Shown piece by piece: positions 9,156 through 22,715 of a stretch of DNA of 64,000 nucleotides; position 1 is the stretch's first letter, and the number at the start of each line of letters is the position of its first letter. Location: the NCBI GenBank assembly GCA_964194935.1, contig CAXMOL010000067.1:85-64084 (forward strand), in the 5' to 3' direction. This stretch comes from an uncultured Kiloniellaceae bacterium (GTDB lineage Bacteria; Actinomycetota; Acidimicrobiia; Spongiisociales; UBA11373). Below the pieces are notes generated by a model. The model was not told the DNA's origin and searched no databases. It saw only the letters and a program-made list of their open reading frames with translations. Position numbers and translations under genes: made by a program.

Positions 9156-10316
9156 GTGACCAAACGTGCCAAGTTGTGGCTGATCCGCGGTGTGACCATC
9201 GCTCTGCTTGTCGCTGGCGCCCTGGTGGTCGTAGCCAGTTGGATGCAGGCCGGTACCGTCGAATCCAATTGGCTCGCGGTTTCTCACCAGACGCCAGCGG
9301 GCACAGCCGTCGTCGTAGCGGTCGAACCCGATCGTGTAATCCTCAGCGACAACGGGGGAGCCGACGTCGCCGGTGTGTGGGGCCTCGTGTTTGATGGCGG
9401 CCGTGCCGTGGTGGGCGAGGTCGAGTCCGGTTCCGATGAGCAGATCGTGCGCAGCCTTCTCGAAGTGACCGGTGGACTTACTCCGGGTACCGAGGTCTCA
9501 CTCGATGTGGCGGTGTGGGGTGCCGATGCCGTGGGTCGCTTTGGACTAACCACCGATGTCATCAGCGGACCCGATGGACCACTCCCGTTGTGGACCGCAC
9601 CCGGTGTTGATGACACGTGGGTGGTCTTCGTGCACGGCAACGGGGCAGATCAGAGTCAGGCGTTGCGGATGGTCCCGGCGGTGACGGCAGCGGGGTATCC
9701 GGTTGCAATCGCCGGCCTTCGCAATGATGAGGGCGCTGGTCCCTCGCCTAGCGGTAGGCACGGCTTCGGCTACGACGAATGGCGAGACATCCAGGCCGTG
9801 ATCGATTTTGGACTTGGCGCCGGAGCGCTCGACTTCGTTCTCGTGGGATACGGCTCGGGCGGCTCGATCGTCGGCACCTATTTGTACGAGTCTCGTTCTG
9901 CCGACCGAATTCTCGGAGTTGTGCTCGATTCGCCGATGTTGAGCCTGGCGACGGCGATCCAGGATGAATGGACCGACCGGGGTGTCCCCGGTTGGGCGGT
10001 CGGCTGGACCAAAGCCATCGCCTCCATGAGATTCGGGCTCGATCTCGGGGCCATCGACCACGTCGAGCGAGCCAATGAGTGGACGGCCCCTGTCTTGATC
10101 TTGCACGGGCGCGACGATGCGGTGAACCCGTTGGATGCCGCTGCGGCCTTTGCGATAGAGCGAGGCGACGATGCGTTGTTACTGACCTTCCCCGGCGCCG
10201 GTCCCGACGCGCTGTGGAATATTGATCCGACTCGATACGAGGCTGCTTTCATCGGATTTGTGAACGAAGTAGCAGCTGCTGTCAGCGCATTCGAACCAGC
10301 CGATCCGGGACGGTGA
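9156..10316 (+). CDS. membrane-anchored alpha/beta hydrolase
   Basis: N-terminal TM helix (LWLIRGVTIALLVAGALVVVA), VVFVHGNG, nucleophile elbow GYGSGG, distal LHGRDD. Confidence 0.7.
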   Translation: MTKRAKLWLIRGVTIALLVAGALVVVASWMQAGTVESNWLAVSHQTPAGTAVVVAVEPDRVILSDNGGADVAGVWGLVFDGGRAVVGEVESGSDEQIVRSLLEVTGGLTPGTEVSLDVAVWGADAVGRFGLTTDVISGPDGPLPLWTAPGVDDTWVVFVHGNGADQSQALRMVPAVTAAGYPVAIAGLRNDEGAGPSPSGRHGFGYDEWRDIQAVIDFGLGAGALDFVLVGYGSGGSIVGTYLYESRSADRILGVVLDSPMLSLATAIQDEWTDRGVPGWAVGWTKAIASMRFGLDLGAIDHVERANEWTAPVLILHGRDDAVNPLDAAAAFAIERGDDALLLTFPGAGPDALWNIDPTRYEAAFIGFVNEVAAAVSAFEPADPGR

Positions 10317-10353
10317 TGGTTCAACGTTGTGGTTCTGGCAAGCTGTAACCGCC

Positions 10354-11498
10354 ATGTCCGATAACAGCCCGACTCTCTATCTGGATCACGCCGCAACGAC
10401 GCCGATGCGCCCCGAAGCGCGTGATGCCATGGCCCCGTATCTCGGTGACTTGTTCGGCAACCCGTCGGGCCTCCATGCGGTGAGCAGACGCGCCAAGGGT
10501 GCCCTCGAGGATGCCCGCGAGCGAGCCGCATCCTTGCTGGGAGCCGACCACCCGCTCGACATCATCTTTACCGGAGGCGGAACCGAATCGGACAACCTGG
10601 GTGTTGCCGGACCATCGCTCGCCTCGGGCGGCGGCGTGGTCACGACTGCGGTCGAACATGAGGCGGTGCTGGAAACGGCGGCTTTCCTGGGCCGGTTGGG
10701 GCGGGATGTGACGGTGGTTGGCGTCGATGAGGCAGGTGTCGTGGATCCATCAGAACTGGCGAGTGCTGTTGACTCGAATACGGCTGTGGTTTCGGTGATG
10801 GCTGCGAATAACGAAACCGGGGTGCGCCAGCCGGTTTCTGAGATCTCGGCTGCGGCCAGGGCAGTGCATCCAGGCGTGCTCGTCCACACCGATGCGGTTC
10901 AGGCTTTTGTGTCGGAAGAATTCACGATCGCGTCCCTCGGAGCCGACCTGGTGACGCTCGCTTCCCACAAATTTGGCGGACCAAAAGGGGTGGGGTTGCT
11001 TCACGCCAAGCGTCAGATCGAGCTCGAGCCCGTGCTTCATGGAGGAGGACAGGAGACCGGACGGCGATCGGGCACTCACAACGTGGCTGGAATCGTGGGG
11101 ATGGTTGCTGCAATGGAGGCTGCTGCAAAGGACCGGGATCGGTTCCGCGCCGATGTGGGTGCGACCCGCAATGGATTCGAGCAGCGGTTGTCCTCGGCGA
11201 TCCCTGACGTCGTCTTCACCGTTGCGGTGGCGCAGCGGCTGATCCAGCATTCCCACTTCATGATTCCGGGGATCGATGCCGAGACCTTGCTGATCCGGCT
11301 TGATTCTCTCGGTGTGGCGGCGGCCTCCGGCTCTGCCTGCCAAAGCGGTGCCGTCGAGGTCTCCCACGTCTTGTCGGCGATGGGCCTCGACGAACGGGCC
11401 GCCAGGTCGGGTGTGCGAGTCAGCTTCGGGTGGACCTCGCGACCGGCAGATGGAGACCTCGCCGCAGCCGCAGTTGTCGAGTGCGTTGAGGATCTCCG

Positions 11499-11502
<4 letters not shown>
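10354..11502 (+). CDS. cysteine desulfurase (class V aminotransferase, IscS/NifS-like)
   Basis: LYLDHAATTP, SHKFGGPKGVG (PLP lysine) and ASGSACQSG (catalytic Cys loop). Overlaps mnmA by 4 nt. Confidence 0.85.
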
Positions 11503-14593
<3,091 letters not shown>

Positions 14594-14595
14594 AC

Positions 14596-15096
14596 CTAGG
14601 GGTACGTCTTCTCGCCGGCGCGAATCGGGACCGACATCCAGTTCTCGGCAGGTGGCAGTGGGCAGGAGTACCCGTCGTTGTAGGCGCAGTAGGGGTTGTA
14701 GGCCAGGTTGAAGTCGATCTTCACCCTGCCCCCGGTGGCCGGCTCGACATCGATGAAGCGACCGGCGCCGTAGGTCTCTTTGCCGGACGTCGAGTCGCGA
14801 AATGGCAGGAAATAGCCATCGTTATGGTTTGTTCCGTAGAGCGTCAGGGTTACCTCGCCACCCTCGATCTCGAACGAAACCAGCGCCTCGCGGGTGTAGA
14901 CACGCTCCTGGCCGTCGGAAGTCTGCACCCGGACATCCGAACCATCGCCGGGCGTCATTTCCAAATCCAGGTTGAGACTCGGATCTTCCTCGTAATAGTC
15001 GAGGCCTTCGAACCCCGTCGTGTCACCAATTGGAGAATCCGGCGCTGAACCCAGATAGAGGTCCTTCTGTTCTCGGAATTCCTTGAGTGCACTCAT
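14596..15096 (-). CDS. DUF1684 domain protein
   Basis: MSALKEFREQKDLYLGS... and the C-terminal FNLAYNPYCAYNDGYSCPLPP are typical of DUF1684. I moved the start to the ATG at 15096; the upstream extension is low-complexity. Confidence 0.65.
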   Translation of the reverse strand: MSALKEFREQKDLYLGSAPDSPIGDTTGFEGLDYYEEDPSLNLDLEMTPGDGSDVRVQTSDGQERVYTREALVSFEIEGGEVTLTLYGTNHNDGYFLPFRDSTSGKETYGAGRFIDVEPATGGRVKIDFNLAYNPYCAYNDGYSCPLPPAENWMSVPIRAGEKTYP

Positions 15097-15139
15097 GCTT
15101 GCTTGCCAACCTACCTGGAGAGGATCGGATTCCCGACCA

Positions 15140-15544
15140 TCAGACGATTCGAAACGACCACGTGAATTCGCCGGGATCAGGTCCGCCTCCCGAGATTCGG
15201 TCCCAGCGGATAGTGACCGTGTGTTCGCCGGCCCTCCACGCCTCGAAGAGCTTTGCTGGACCCGGCTGCCAGATGTAACGACCAACGGCTGGAGTCACCC
15301 CAACCTCGCTTTGCGGAATCAGGACTCCGTCGACCTCCAGCGATACCGAATAACCGATCGGTAGATCGACTTCGATCGCCGTCTGCAGAACCACGGTGTC
15401 GCCCGGCAGAGGGAAGACCCCTTCGATCGGCGTTGGAAGTGCAACATCGATGCCATTCGGGTTGAGAATCCACACCAAAGCGACGAGCACTACCAGCAAC
15501 GCCGTCGACCCGATGACGATCTGGCGATAACGGCGCGAGTTCAT
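15140..15544 (-). CDS. hypothetical membrane-anchored protein
   Basis: Starts MNSRRYRQIVIGSTALLVVLVALVW (single TM), followed by a beta-rich ~100-aa domain. No family recognised. The longer ORF-track version would overlap dapC. Confidence 0.45.
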   Translation of the reverse strand: MNSRRYRQIVIGSTALLVVLVALVWILNPNGIDVALPTPIEGVFPLPGDTVVLQTAIEVDLPIGYSVSLEVDGVLIPQSEVGVTPAVGRYIWQPGPAKLFEAWRAGEHTVTIRWDRISGGGPDPGEFTWSFRIV

Positions 15545-15595
15545 AGGGGGATCGTAGATCGCGGTGTGGTTGAGACCTCCCGCTACCGTTTGGTC

Positions 15596-16885
15596 ATGCG
15601 CACCAATCCCGTGCTCGACCAGCTTGGGGCCTATCCAATAACCGAAATCCAGGACACCGCGCGACGCATGCGCGATGCCGGCGAGGAGCTGATCGATTTC
15701 TCGATCGGCGACCCGCATGAACCAACGCCGTCGTTTATTCGTGACGCCGTGCGGGCCGCGGTACCCGAGGTCACCCAATACCCGCAGACCGCCGGGTTGG
15801 CGGTGCTGCGTGAGGCAGTGGCCGGATACGCAGACCGCCGCTTCGGGGTGGAAATCGACCCGACGACCCAGGTGATGCCTGTGAGTGGGGCAAAGGAAGC
15901 AATCTTCTCAACTCCTTTCGGGTTCATCGACCCTTCCGGTGAAGACGTTGTCGCCTGGGGTACTCCGACGTATCCGGTGTACGAACGGGGTACTCGTTTT
16001 GCCGGCGCCGTTGCGATGCCAATTGTGCTCAGCGGCGATTTCGTGTTGCGGGTGGGAGACGTTCCCGATAGTGCTTGGGAAAGGCTCCGACTGCTGTGGG
16101 TCTGCACGCCCCACAATCCGACCGGGGCAGTCACTTCGCGCGACGACCTTGCAGCGCTGTATTCCAAGTGCCGTGAGACCGACACGCTGCTGCTATCGGA
16201 CGAGGCATACGGGGATGTGTACGCCGATCAACCCCCGACATCTGTCCTCGAGGTCGCCGACTCGGGGGTGACCGGCGCCCTGGCCTTCTTCTCTTGCTCG
16301 AAGCGCTCGGGAATGACCGGTTATCGCAGCGGCGCAGTTGTCGGTGATCCTGCCGCGATCGCGGTCCTTCGACGTTTGCGTTCCTCTGTCGGCGTCGCCT
16401 CCCCGGAGTTCGTCCAAGAAGCGGCAGCGGCGGCATGGGCCGATGATCTGCATGCCGCGGAGCGGCGTGAGATATTCTCAGCAAAGCGCAGGGTGATGCG
16501 TCAGGGATTTGAGTCTGCGGGTCTCGAGGTCGTTGGCTCGGAGGCCGGTTTGTACCTCTGGCTGAAGGTCGAAGACGACCTTGCAGCGACGAAGCGTCTG
16601 CTCGGTGAAGGAGTGGTGGTGTCGCCGGGGCGGGCGTTCGGTCCGGGTGGTGAGGGGCATGTTCGTCTGGCGCTTGTTCCAACGGTCGATGAGTGCGCTG
16701 CAGCGGTGGAGGTGGTTACTCGTGCCCTGGCCGGTGGCGTTGGTGATGTTGAGGGCGGGGCAGAGGCGTCTCTCGCAAGGACGCAGGACGAAGGCGCACC
16801 CAAAGGTGCGTTCGAGGACGAGGACGCAGCGAGGGGTGTCACTGGGCGGTCTGAACGCGCCAAACGCCGGCGGTCGGGGCACTAA
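15596..16885 (+). CDS. dapC: PLP-dependent aminotransferase, probable N-succinyldiaminopimelate aminotransferase
   Basis: Class I aminotransferase with NPTG and SCSKRSGMTGYRSG (PLP Lys). Sits directly upstream of dapD-dapE. Has a ~50-aa low-complexity C-terminal tail. Confidence 0.7.
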   Translation: MRTNPVLDQLGAYPITEIQDTARRMRDAGEELIDFSIGDPHEPTPSFIRDAVRAAVPEVTQYPQTAGLAVLREAVAGYADRRFGVEIDPTTQVMPVSGAKEAIFSTPFGFIDPSGEDVVAWGTPTYPVYERGTRFAGAVAMPIVLSGDFVLRVGDVPDSAWERLRLLWVCTPHNPTGAVTSRDDLAALYSKCRETDTLLLSDEAYGDVYADQPPTSVLEVADSGVTGALAFFSCSKRSGMTGYRSGAVVGDPAAIAVLRRLRSSVGVASPEFVQEAAAAAWADDLHAAERREIFSAKRRVMRQGFESAGLEVVGSEAGLYLWLKVEDDLAATKRLLGEGVVVSPGRAFGPGGEGHVRLALVPTVDECAAAVEVVTRALAGGVGDVEGGAEASLARTQDEGAPKGAFEDEDAARGVTGRSERAKRRRSGH

Positions 16886-17695
16886 ATGCCTGAGCACCAA
16901 GAACTGATCGACGCGGCTTACGCCGATCTCGACTTGCTTCCGGACGCCGTCGACGCCGTCCACGCCACCATCGCCAGCCTCGATGTCGGCGAGATCCGTG
17001 TCGCCGAGAAGACGGATGGAGAGTGGATAGTCAACGAGTGGATAAAGCGGGCGATCATGCTCTATTTCCGCCTTGCCGATCTGGAGACCTGGAAGGCGGG
17101 ACCACTCGAATTTCACGACAAGATCCCTCCCAAGACTGGCCTGGCTGAGCAAGGGATCCGGGTGGTGCCACCGGGGACGGTTCGCTACGGGGCGTTTTGC
17201 GAGCCGGGGGTTGTCGTCATGCCGGGTTATGTCAACATCGGCGCATACGTCGGAGCAGGGACGATGGTCGACACGTGGGCGACCGTTGGGTCTTGTGCCC
17301 AGATTGGCAAGAACGTCCACCTCAGTGGGGGAGTCGGCATCGGCGGCGTGTTGGAGCCACCTTCGGCTCGCCCGGTGATCGTGGAAGACGGCGCCTTTAT
17401 CGGGAGCCGCTGTATTTTGGTCGAAGGCGTTGTTGTGGAACAGGGTGCGGTCCTCGGGGCCAATGTATCGATCACTGCATCGACTCCGATCATCGACGTA
17501 ACCGGGTCCGAACCGATCGAACATCGCGGCCGGGTGCCGGCGAATTCGGTAGTGCTGCGAGGGTCCCGTCCCAAGGAGTTCCCCGCCGGTACCTACGAAC
17601 TGTCGTGCGCCTTGATTGTCGGTCACCGCAAGGAATCAACCGATGAGAAGACCTCGCTCAACGATGCGCTGCGGGTCTTCGAGGTCCCGGTGTGA
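16886..17695 (+). CDS. dapD: 2,3,4,5-tetrahydropyridine-2,6-dicarboxylate N-succinyltransferase
   Basis: Hexapeptide-repeat protein with MVDTWATVGSCAQIGKNVHLSGGVGIGGVLEP. The ATG abuts the dapC stop. Confidence 0.9.
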   Translation: MPEHQELIDAAYADLDLLPDAVDAVHATIASLDVGEIRVAEKTDGEWIVNEWIKRAIMLYFRLADLETWKAGPLEFHDKIPPKTGLAEQGIRVVPPGTVRYGAFCEPGVVVMPGYVNIGAYVGAGTMVDTWATVGSCAQIGKNVHLSGGVGIGGVLEPPSARPVIVEDGAFIGSRCILVEGVVVEQGAVLGANVSITASTPIIDVTGSEPIEHRGRVPANSVVLRGSRPKEFPAGTYELSCALIVGHRKESTDEKTSLNDALRVFEVPV

Positions 17696-18732
17696 GCCTG
17701 GTCGAGGATCTGGTCTGGCTCGTCGACATCCCATCGGTCACAGGAGATGAGCGTCTTCTGCGTGACGCAATTGCCGACCGGCTCTCGTCGACCGTCGCCA
17801 CCGAGCTAGTCGGCGAATCGTTGGTTGCCGGCCATCAGACCGGCAAGCCTCGCATCGATCTCTATGGCCATCTCGATACGGTGCCGGAGAACGGGAATCT
17901 GCCGGCTCGTGTCGATGGGAAACGTGTCCACGGGCTGGGTACGACCGACATGAAGTCCGGCCTCGCATTGATGCTGGCTGTATTGGAGAGCCCTGCTGTG
18001 GCCGAAGGCCCCTACGACGTCGTGGCTGTCTTCTATGACAGGGAGGAGGGCCCTTCGGCGGAGAACGGCCTAGAGAGTGTGCTCGACCAGGTTGCCCATC
18101 TGGCAGAAGCCGAGTTGGCGGTGGTGATGGAACCGACCGACAACGAGCTCCAACTCGGTTGCCAGGGAACGATGAACGCCACCGTCTCATTCAACGGTTT
18201 GGCCGCACATAGTGCGCGGCCCTGGCTCGGCGAGAATGCGGTGACGAAGGCGGGGGAATGGCTCGCCGAGATGCATCGACGTCGGGCCCGGGACATGGAT
18301 GTCGCCGGCCTCATCTTCAAGGAGACCTTTGTGGTCACGACCGCGTCGGGCGGCGTTGCTCGCAACGTGATCCCGGGATCGTTCACTCTCAACGTAAACC
18401 ACCGTTATCCGCCGGATCGATCTGCAGAGGAGGCTGAGCGAATCTTGGCCGAGGTGTGCGCGGCTGCCGACGAATTCGAGGTGATCGACCGGGCTGCGGC
18501 CGCACCGATCCCGACCGACAATCGACATGTTGCGAGGCTCAAGACTTGCGGTGTTGCCAAGGTCGCCGCCAAGACTGCCTGGACCGACGTTGCTCGCCTG
18601 ACCGAACGGGGCATAGCGGCGGTGAACTTCGGACCGGGAGAGGTTGCTTTGGCGCATCGGGCCGATGAATCGGTGTCGATCACAGCTCTCGATGACGGGT
18701 GGTCGGTTCTGCAGCGGTTCCTTACCAATTAG
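17692..18732 (+). CDS. dapE: succinyl-diaminopimelate desuccinylase (M20 peptidase)
   Basis: M20 motifs (YGHLDTVP, GTTDMKSG). 4-nt overlap with dapD. Confidence 0.8.
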   Translation: MSLVEDLVWLVDIPSVTGDERLLRDAIADRLSSTVATELVGESLVAGHQTGKPRIDLYGHLDTVPENGNLPARVDGKRVHGLGTTDMKSGLALMLAVLESPAVAEGPYDVVAVFYDREEGPSAENGLESVLDQVAHLAEAELAVVMEPTDNELQLGCQGTMNATVSFNGLAAHSARPWLGENAVTKAGEWLAEMHRRRARDMDVAGLIFKETFVVTTASGGVARNVIPGSFTLNVNHRYPPDRSAEEAERILAEVCAAADEFEVIDRAAAAPIPTDNRHVARLKTCGVAKVAAKTAWTDVARLTERGIAAVNFGPGEVALAHRADESVSITALDDGWSVLQRFLTN

Positions 18733-18843
18733 AGACCGGCACCGAGCCGGAGGCTTTCTGGGTTTCGGGGCCGGAAACGCTGATCTCCGAGACACGCCAT
18801 GTGGGATCTGGCCTCGATTCGTCCCCGGGTACCATCGCAGCGC

Positions 18844-19134
18844 ATGCCTGTAGAGATTGACATCGCAAAGGTTGCCCGGCTCGCTCGCCTCGGGCTGTCC
18901 GAGGAAGAGCTCGCCGCCTATGGAGCGCAGCTTCAAGACATCCTCGAGCATGCTGCGCGGGTCCAGGCGTTGCCCACCGAGGGCGTTGCACCCACCTCTC
19001 ACCCGCTGCCGATGGTCAACGCCCACCGCAGCGACGACATCGAGCCAACGCTCGACCGTGAAGAGGTGCTGGCCCAGGCCCCGGATCATACTGAAGGGTT
19101 CTTCCGGGTCCCTGCATTTCTGGAGGACTCGTGA
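18844..19134 (+). CDS. gatC: Asp/Glu-tRNA amidotransferase subunit C
   Basis: IAKVARLARLGLSEEELAAYGAQLQDILEHA is a typical GatC sequence. Start chosen at MPVEID. Confidence 0.85.
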   Translation: MPVEIDIAKVARLARLGLSEEELAAYGAQLQDILEHAARVQALPTEGVAPTSHPLPMVNAHRSDDIEPTLDREEVLAQAPDHTEGFFRVPAFLEDS

Positions 19135-20612
19135 CCGACTCAGCCGATCTCACGATCGGTGAGGCGGGACGGGCTCTGCGCTCCGGCGAGCTTTCCTCTG
19201 TAGAGCTGCTTCAAGCTGTTCGGCGTCGCGCCGCCATGACGGAAGCCGACCTTCATGCGTACCTCACCATCGATGTCGAGGGTGCCGAGGCGGCCGCACG
19301 AAAGGCCGATGAGGACCTTGCCAAGGGCGAAGACCGGGGGCCGTTGCAGGGGATCCCTATCGCCCTAAAGGACAACATGGTGACGCGCGGTGTGGAAACG
19401 ACCGCGGCGTCGCAGATATTGGCCGGATGGCTTCCGCCCTATGACGCGACTGCGGTGACCAAGCTGCACGAAGCCGGTGCGGTCATCGTCGGCAAGACCA
19501 ACCTCGATGAGTTTGCGATGGGCTCATCGACCGAGAACTCGGCGTACGGCGCATCGCGCAACCCATGGGATCCGGAGCGGGTGCCGGGTGGCTCGAGTGG
19601 AGGATCGGCCGCGGCGGTCGCGGTCGGTTCGGCGTTTGCAGCGCTCGGCTCCGACACCGGTGGCTCGATCCGCCAGCCGGCGTCATTGTGTGGGGTCGTC
19701 GGGATGAAACCGACCTACGGGTTGGTGAGCAGGTACGGACTTATCGCATTTGCGTCCTCCCTCGATCAGATAGGGCCGATCACCCGCAATGTCGAGGATG
19801 CCGTCATGGTCCTGGGGGGGATCGCGGGACACGATCCCGAAGATGCCACGTCGTATCGCGGGGAGGTTCCGGACTTCGGGTCGCGACTCGACCAGGGAGT
19901 GGACGGTTTGCGAATCGGAGTGGTGACAGAACTATCCGGCGACGGCATTGAACCTGCAGTAGCGGCGGCTTTTCGCGGCATGCTCGAGCGGCTTGAGGGT
20001 GCCGGAGCTGAGATCAGGGAGCTGTCGCTTCCCAGTACGGCCTACGCGCTGAGCGCCTACTACCTGATCGCCCCAGCTGAATGCTCGGCCAACCTCGCCA
20101 GGTTCGACGGAGTTCGTTTTGGGCTTCGAGTCGACGGCGGCGAGACCGTTGAGGAAATGATGGCGGCCACGCGTGCGGCAGGATTCGGGCCCGAAGTCAC
20201 CAGGCGGATTCTGCTCGGCACCTATGCGTTGTCGGCCGGGTACTACGACGCCTTCTACGGGCAGGCACAGAAGGTCCGCACCCTGGTGATCGAGGACTTC
20301 AAGCAGGCGTATGAGCAGGCTGACGTACTGGTGACTCCCACCAGTCCAACGACGGCATTTACGGTGGGAGAGCGAGCCAACGATCCATTGGCGATGTACC
20401 TCAGTGACATCTGCAACATCCCCAGCAATCTTGCCGGCGATCCGGGGATCTCGGTTCCCATAGGGGTCGACGATGCCGGGTTGCCGATTGGTTTTCAGGT
20501 GCTGGCGCCGGCTCTCGGCGAGCCGCTGTTGTTCCAGGTCGCCAAGGCGGTTGAGGATCTGGCCGGGTTCGACGTCAGGCCGCAGATGGCGAGTTCGGAG
20601 GGGGCGGCGTGA
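19131..20612 (+). CDS. gatA: Asp/Glu-tRNA amidotransferase subunit A
   Basis: Amidase signature GGSSGGSAAAVA...GSDTGGSIRQPA. Overlaps gatC and gatB by 4 nt each. Confidence 0.95.
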   Translation: MTDSADLTIGEAGRALRSGELSSVELLQAVRRRAAMTEADLHAYLTIDVEGAEAAARKADEDLAKGEDRGPLQGIPIALKDNMVTRGVETTAASQILAGWLPPYDATAVTKLHEAGAVIVGKTNLDEFAMGSSTENSAYGASRNPWDPERVPGGSSGGSAAAVAVGSAFAALGSDTGGSIRQPASLCGVVGMKPTYGLVSRYGLIAFASSLDQIGPITRNVEDAVMVLGGIAGHDPEDATSYRGEVPDFGSRLDQGVDGLRIGVVTELSGDGIEPAVAAAFRGMLERLEGAGAEIRELSLPSTAYALSAYYLIAPAECSANLARFDGVRFGLRVDGGETVEEMMAATRAAGFGPEVTRRILLGTYALSAGYYDAFYGQAQKVRTLVIEDFKQAYEQADVLVTPTSPTTAFTVGERANDPLAMYLSDICNIPSNLAGDPGISVPIGVDDAGLPIGFQVLAPALGEPLLFQVAKAVEDLAGFDVRPQMASSEGAA

Positions 20613-22051
20613 ACTGGGAAGTCGTGATCGGCATCGAGACTCACATCGAGCTTCGCACCGACTCCAAGATGTTCTGTGGTTGCCCGGTCGATTTCGGGGC
20701 GGAACCGAACACGAACATTTGCCCTGTGTGCCTGGGCCTCCCCGGAGCACTCCCGGTTCCCAATGAGAAGGCCATCGAATGGACGATGCGTTTTGGACTG
20801 GCACTCGATTGCGATATCACTGAGCATTCGCTGTTCCACCGCAAGAACTACTTCTACGCGGACATGCCGAAGAATTACCAGATCTCGCAGTTCGACTTGC
20901 CGCTTTGTGCCAATGGCCATCTCGATGTGTCAACCGAAGCCGGAGATCGCCGGATCGGGATAACCCGGGTGCACCTGGAAGAAGACACGGGCAAGAGCAC
21001 ACATCTGGGCGAGGGCGGTCGGATCGGGTCGTCGGGAGGCGCCTTGGTCGACTTCAACCGGGCTGGCATCCCGCTCATGGAAGCAGTCAGCGAACCGGAT
21101 ATTCGCACTCCCGAAGAGGCGAGGGCGTATGCACAGGAAGTTCGTGGGATCGCTCTGGCGCTGGACGTTTCCGATGCCCGTCTGGAAGAGGGGAGCATGC
21201 GCTTCGATGCGAACATTTCCCTGCGCGCTCCGGGAGATGAGGAGTTGGGGGTAAAGGTCGAGGTAAAGAACATGAATTCGATGCGAAGTCTGCAACGGGC
21301 CCTTACCTTCGAGATCGAACGCCAGGCGAAGGTCCTCGACGATGGCGGGACCATCGCTCAGGAAACCCGTCATTGGGATGAGGAGGCAGGGCGGACCGAA
21401 TCGGGACGCTCCAAGGAGGAAGCGAGCGACTACCGGTACTTCTCTGAACCCGATTTGGTGCCCCTGGTCGTGACTCCCGAGATCGTTGCCGATCTCCGGT
21501 CTGGTCTTCCCGAGCTGCCAGCACAGGCGAGATCTAGGTTCGAGACGGCCGGCGTGGATGCTGGCGCCGCTCGGGTTCTTGTGGGCGGTGGACTCGGCAG
21601 GTTGTTCGATGACGCTGTGACCTCAGGTGCCTCTGCGGTTCAGGTCGCCAAGTGGCTGACGGGTGAGGTGACGGCCTACCTCAATCGAGAGGGCGTCGAC
21701 TCCGGTGCGCTGCTCCTCGATGGTGGCGCGCTCGCCGAGTTGATCGCGATGGTCGAAGCCGGAGACCTGTCTTCGACGGCAGCCAAGTCGGTGCTCGATG
21801 CGGTTCTGGAGGGAGGCGGTTCACCTCGCAAGGCTGCCGAGGCGCTCGACCTCATCCAGATTCGCGATGAGGGCGCCCTCGCCGAAGCGGTCGCAGCAGT
21901 CGTGGCAGCCCATCCGGAGGAGATAGCCAGGATCGCGGAGGGTGACGGCAAGCTGATCGGCTTCCTCGTGGGCCAGGTGATGCAAGCCACCGGCGGTAAG
22001 GCTGATCCACGTCGTGTCTCCGAGCTCATCAGGGAGAGCGCGTCGGAGTGA
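20609..22051 (+). CDS. gatB: Asp/Glu-tRNA amidotransferase subunit B
   Basis: WEVVIGIETHIEL, CPVCLGLPGALP and NRAGIPLME. Confidence 0.95.
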   Translation: MNWEVVIGIETHIELRTDSKMFCGCPVDFGAEPNTNICPVCLGLPGALPVPNEKAIEWTMRFGLALDCDITEHSLFHRKNYFYADMPKNYQISQFDLPLCANGHLDVSTEAGDRRIGITRVHLEEDTGKSTHLGEGGRIGSSGGALVDFNRAGIPLMEAVSEPDIRTPEEARAYAQEVRGIALALDVSDARLEEGSMRFDANISLRAPGDEELGVKVEVKNMNSMRSLQRALTFEIERQAKVLDDGGTIAQETRHWDEEAGRTESGRSKEEASDYRYFSEPDLVPLVVTPEIVADLRSGLPELPAQARSRFETAGVDAGAARVLVGGGLGRLFDDAVTSGASAVQVAKWLTGEVTAYLNREGVDSGALLLDGGALAELIAMVEAGDLSSTAAKSVLDAVLEGGGSPRKAAEALDLIQIRDEGALAEAVAAVVAAHPEEIARIAEGDGKLIGFLVGQVMQATGGKADPRRVSELIRESASE

Positions 22052-22692
22052 TCGAACGCCCTGTTGCGGTCGTGTTCGATTGTGATGGAGTTCTGGTCGA
22101 CTCCGAGCCACACAGTCGGGCTGCCTGGATGCAGGTGCTCGGCGATCTCGGCCATCCAGCAACAGCGACCGACATCGAGGCGTGTACCGGGCTCGGGTTC
22201 ATTCCCACCCACGAGGCGCTCACGGCTATTGAATCCCTTCCTAACCCGGGCGAGGTGTGGCCGATTCTGCTTGAAGCTCTGGCAGGATCGTTCGATCGCG
22301 GTCTCGAAGTATTTGCCGACGCGGTAGAGCTCTTGGATGCCGTTACCGAGGCCGGCATTGCTGTGGCTGTCGCCTCGGCCTCGCCCCGGCAACGCCTCGA
22401 TTTGACGTTGCGGGTCGCCGACCTGAGGGATCGGTTTGCCGTATCGGTCGCCGGCGATGAGGTCGCAGCGCCAAAACCGAATCCGGATGTCTACCTCATG
22501 GCCCTCGAGCTGCTTGGCAAGATTCCGGGGGGTACCTGGGCAATCGAAGATACGGATGCCGGAGCCTCTGCCGCTCTTGGCGCCGGAATGGACGTGATCG
22601 CAGTGGTGCGCACCCCCGATTCCAGACAACGATTGGACGGCATGGGGGTGACGGTTGTTGACCGTCTTGACCCCGTCCTGCTCGGTCTATGA
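22048..22692 (+). CDS. HAD-superfamily hydrolase (beta-phosphoglucomutase-like subfamily IA)
   Basis: DxD motif VVFDCDGVLVDSE. 214 aa. Confidence 0.75.
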   Translation: MIERPVAVVFDCDGVLVDSEPHSRAAWMQVLGDLGHPATATDIEACTGLGFIPTHEALTAIESLPNPGEVWPILLEALAGSFDRGLEVFADAVELLDAVTEAGIAVAVASASPRQRLDLTLRVADLRDRFAVSVAGDEVAAPKPNPDVYLMALELLGKIPGGTWAIEDTDAGASAALGAGMDVIAVVRTPDSRQRLDGMGVTVVDRLDPVLLGL

Positions 22693-22715
22693 GTCGATCT
22701 CGTAGCATCTAACTC

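Noticed and set aside
16794-16811. Hairpin GCGCACC-CAAA-GGTGCGT inside the low-complexity C-terminal tail of the dapC-like gene, which raised the idea of an internal terminator or mis-called gene end.
   Set aside because: The stem is imperfect and there is no in-frame stop nearby. The ORF ends exactly at the dapD start (TAA-ATG), so the tail is most simply real coding sequence.
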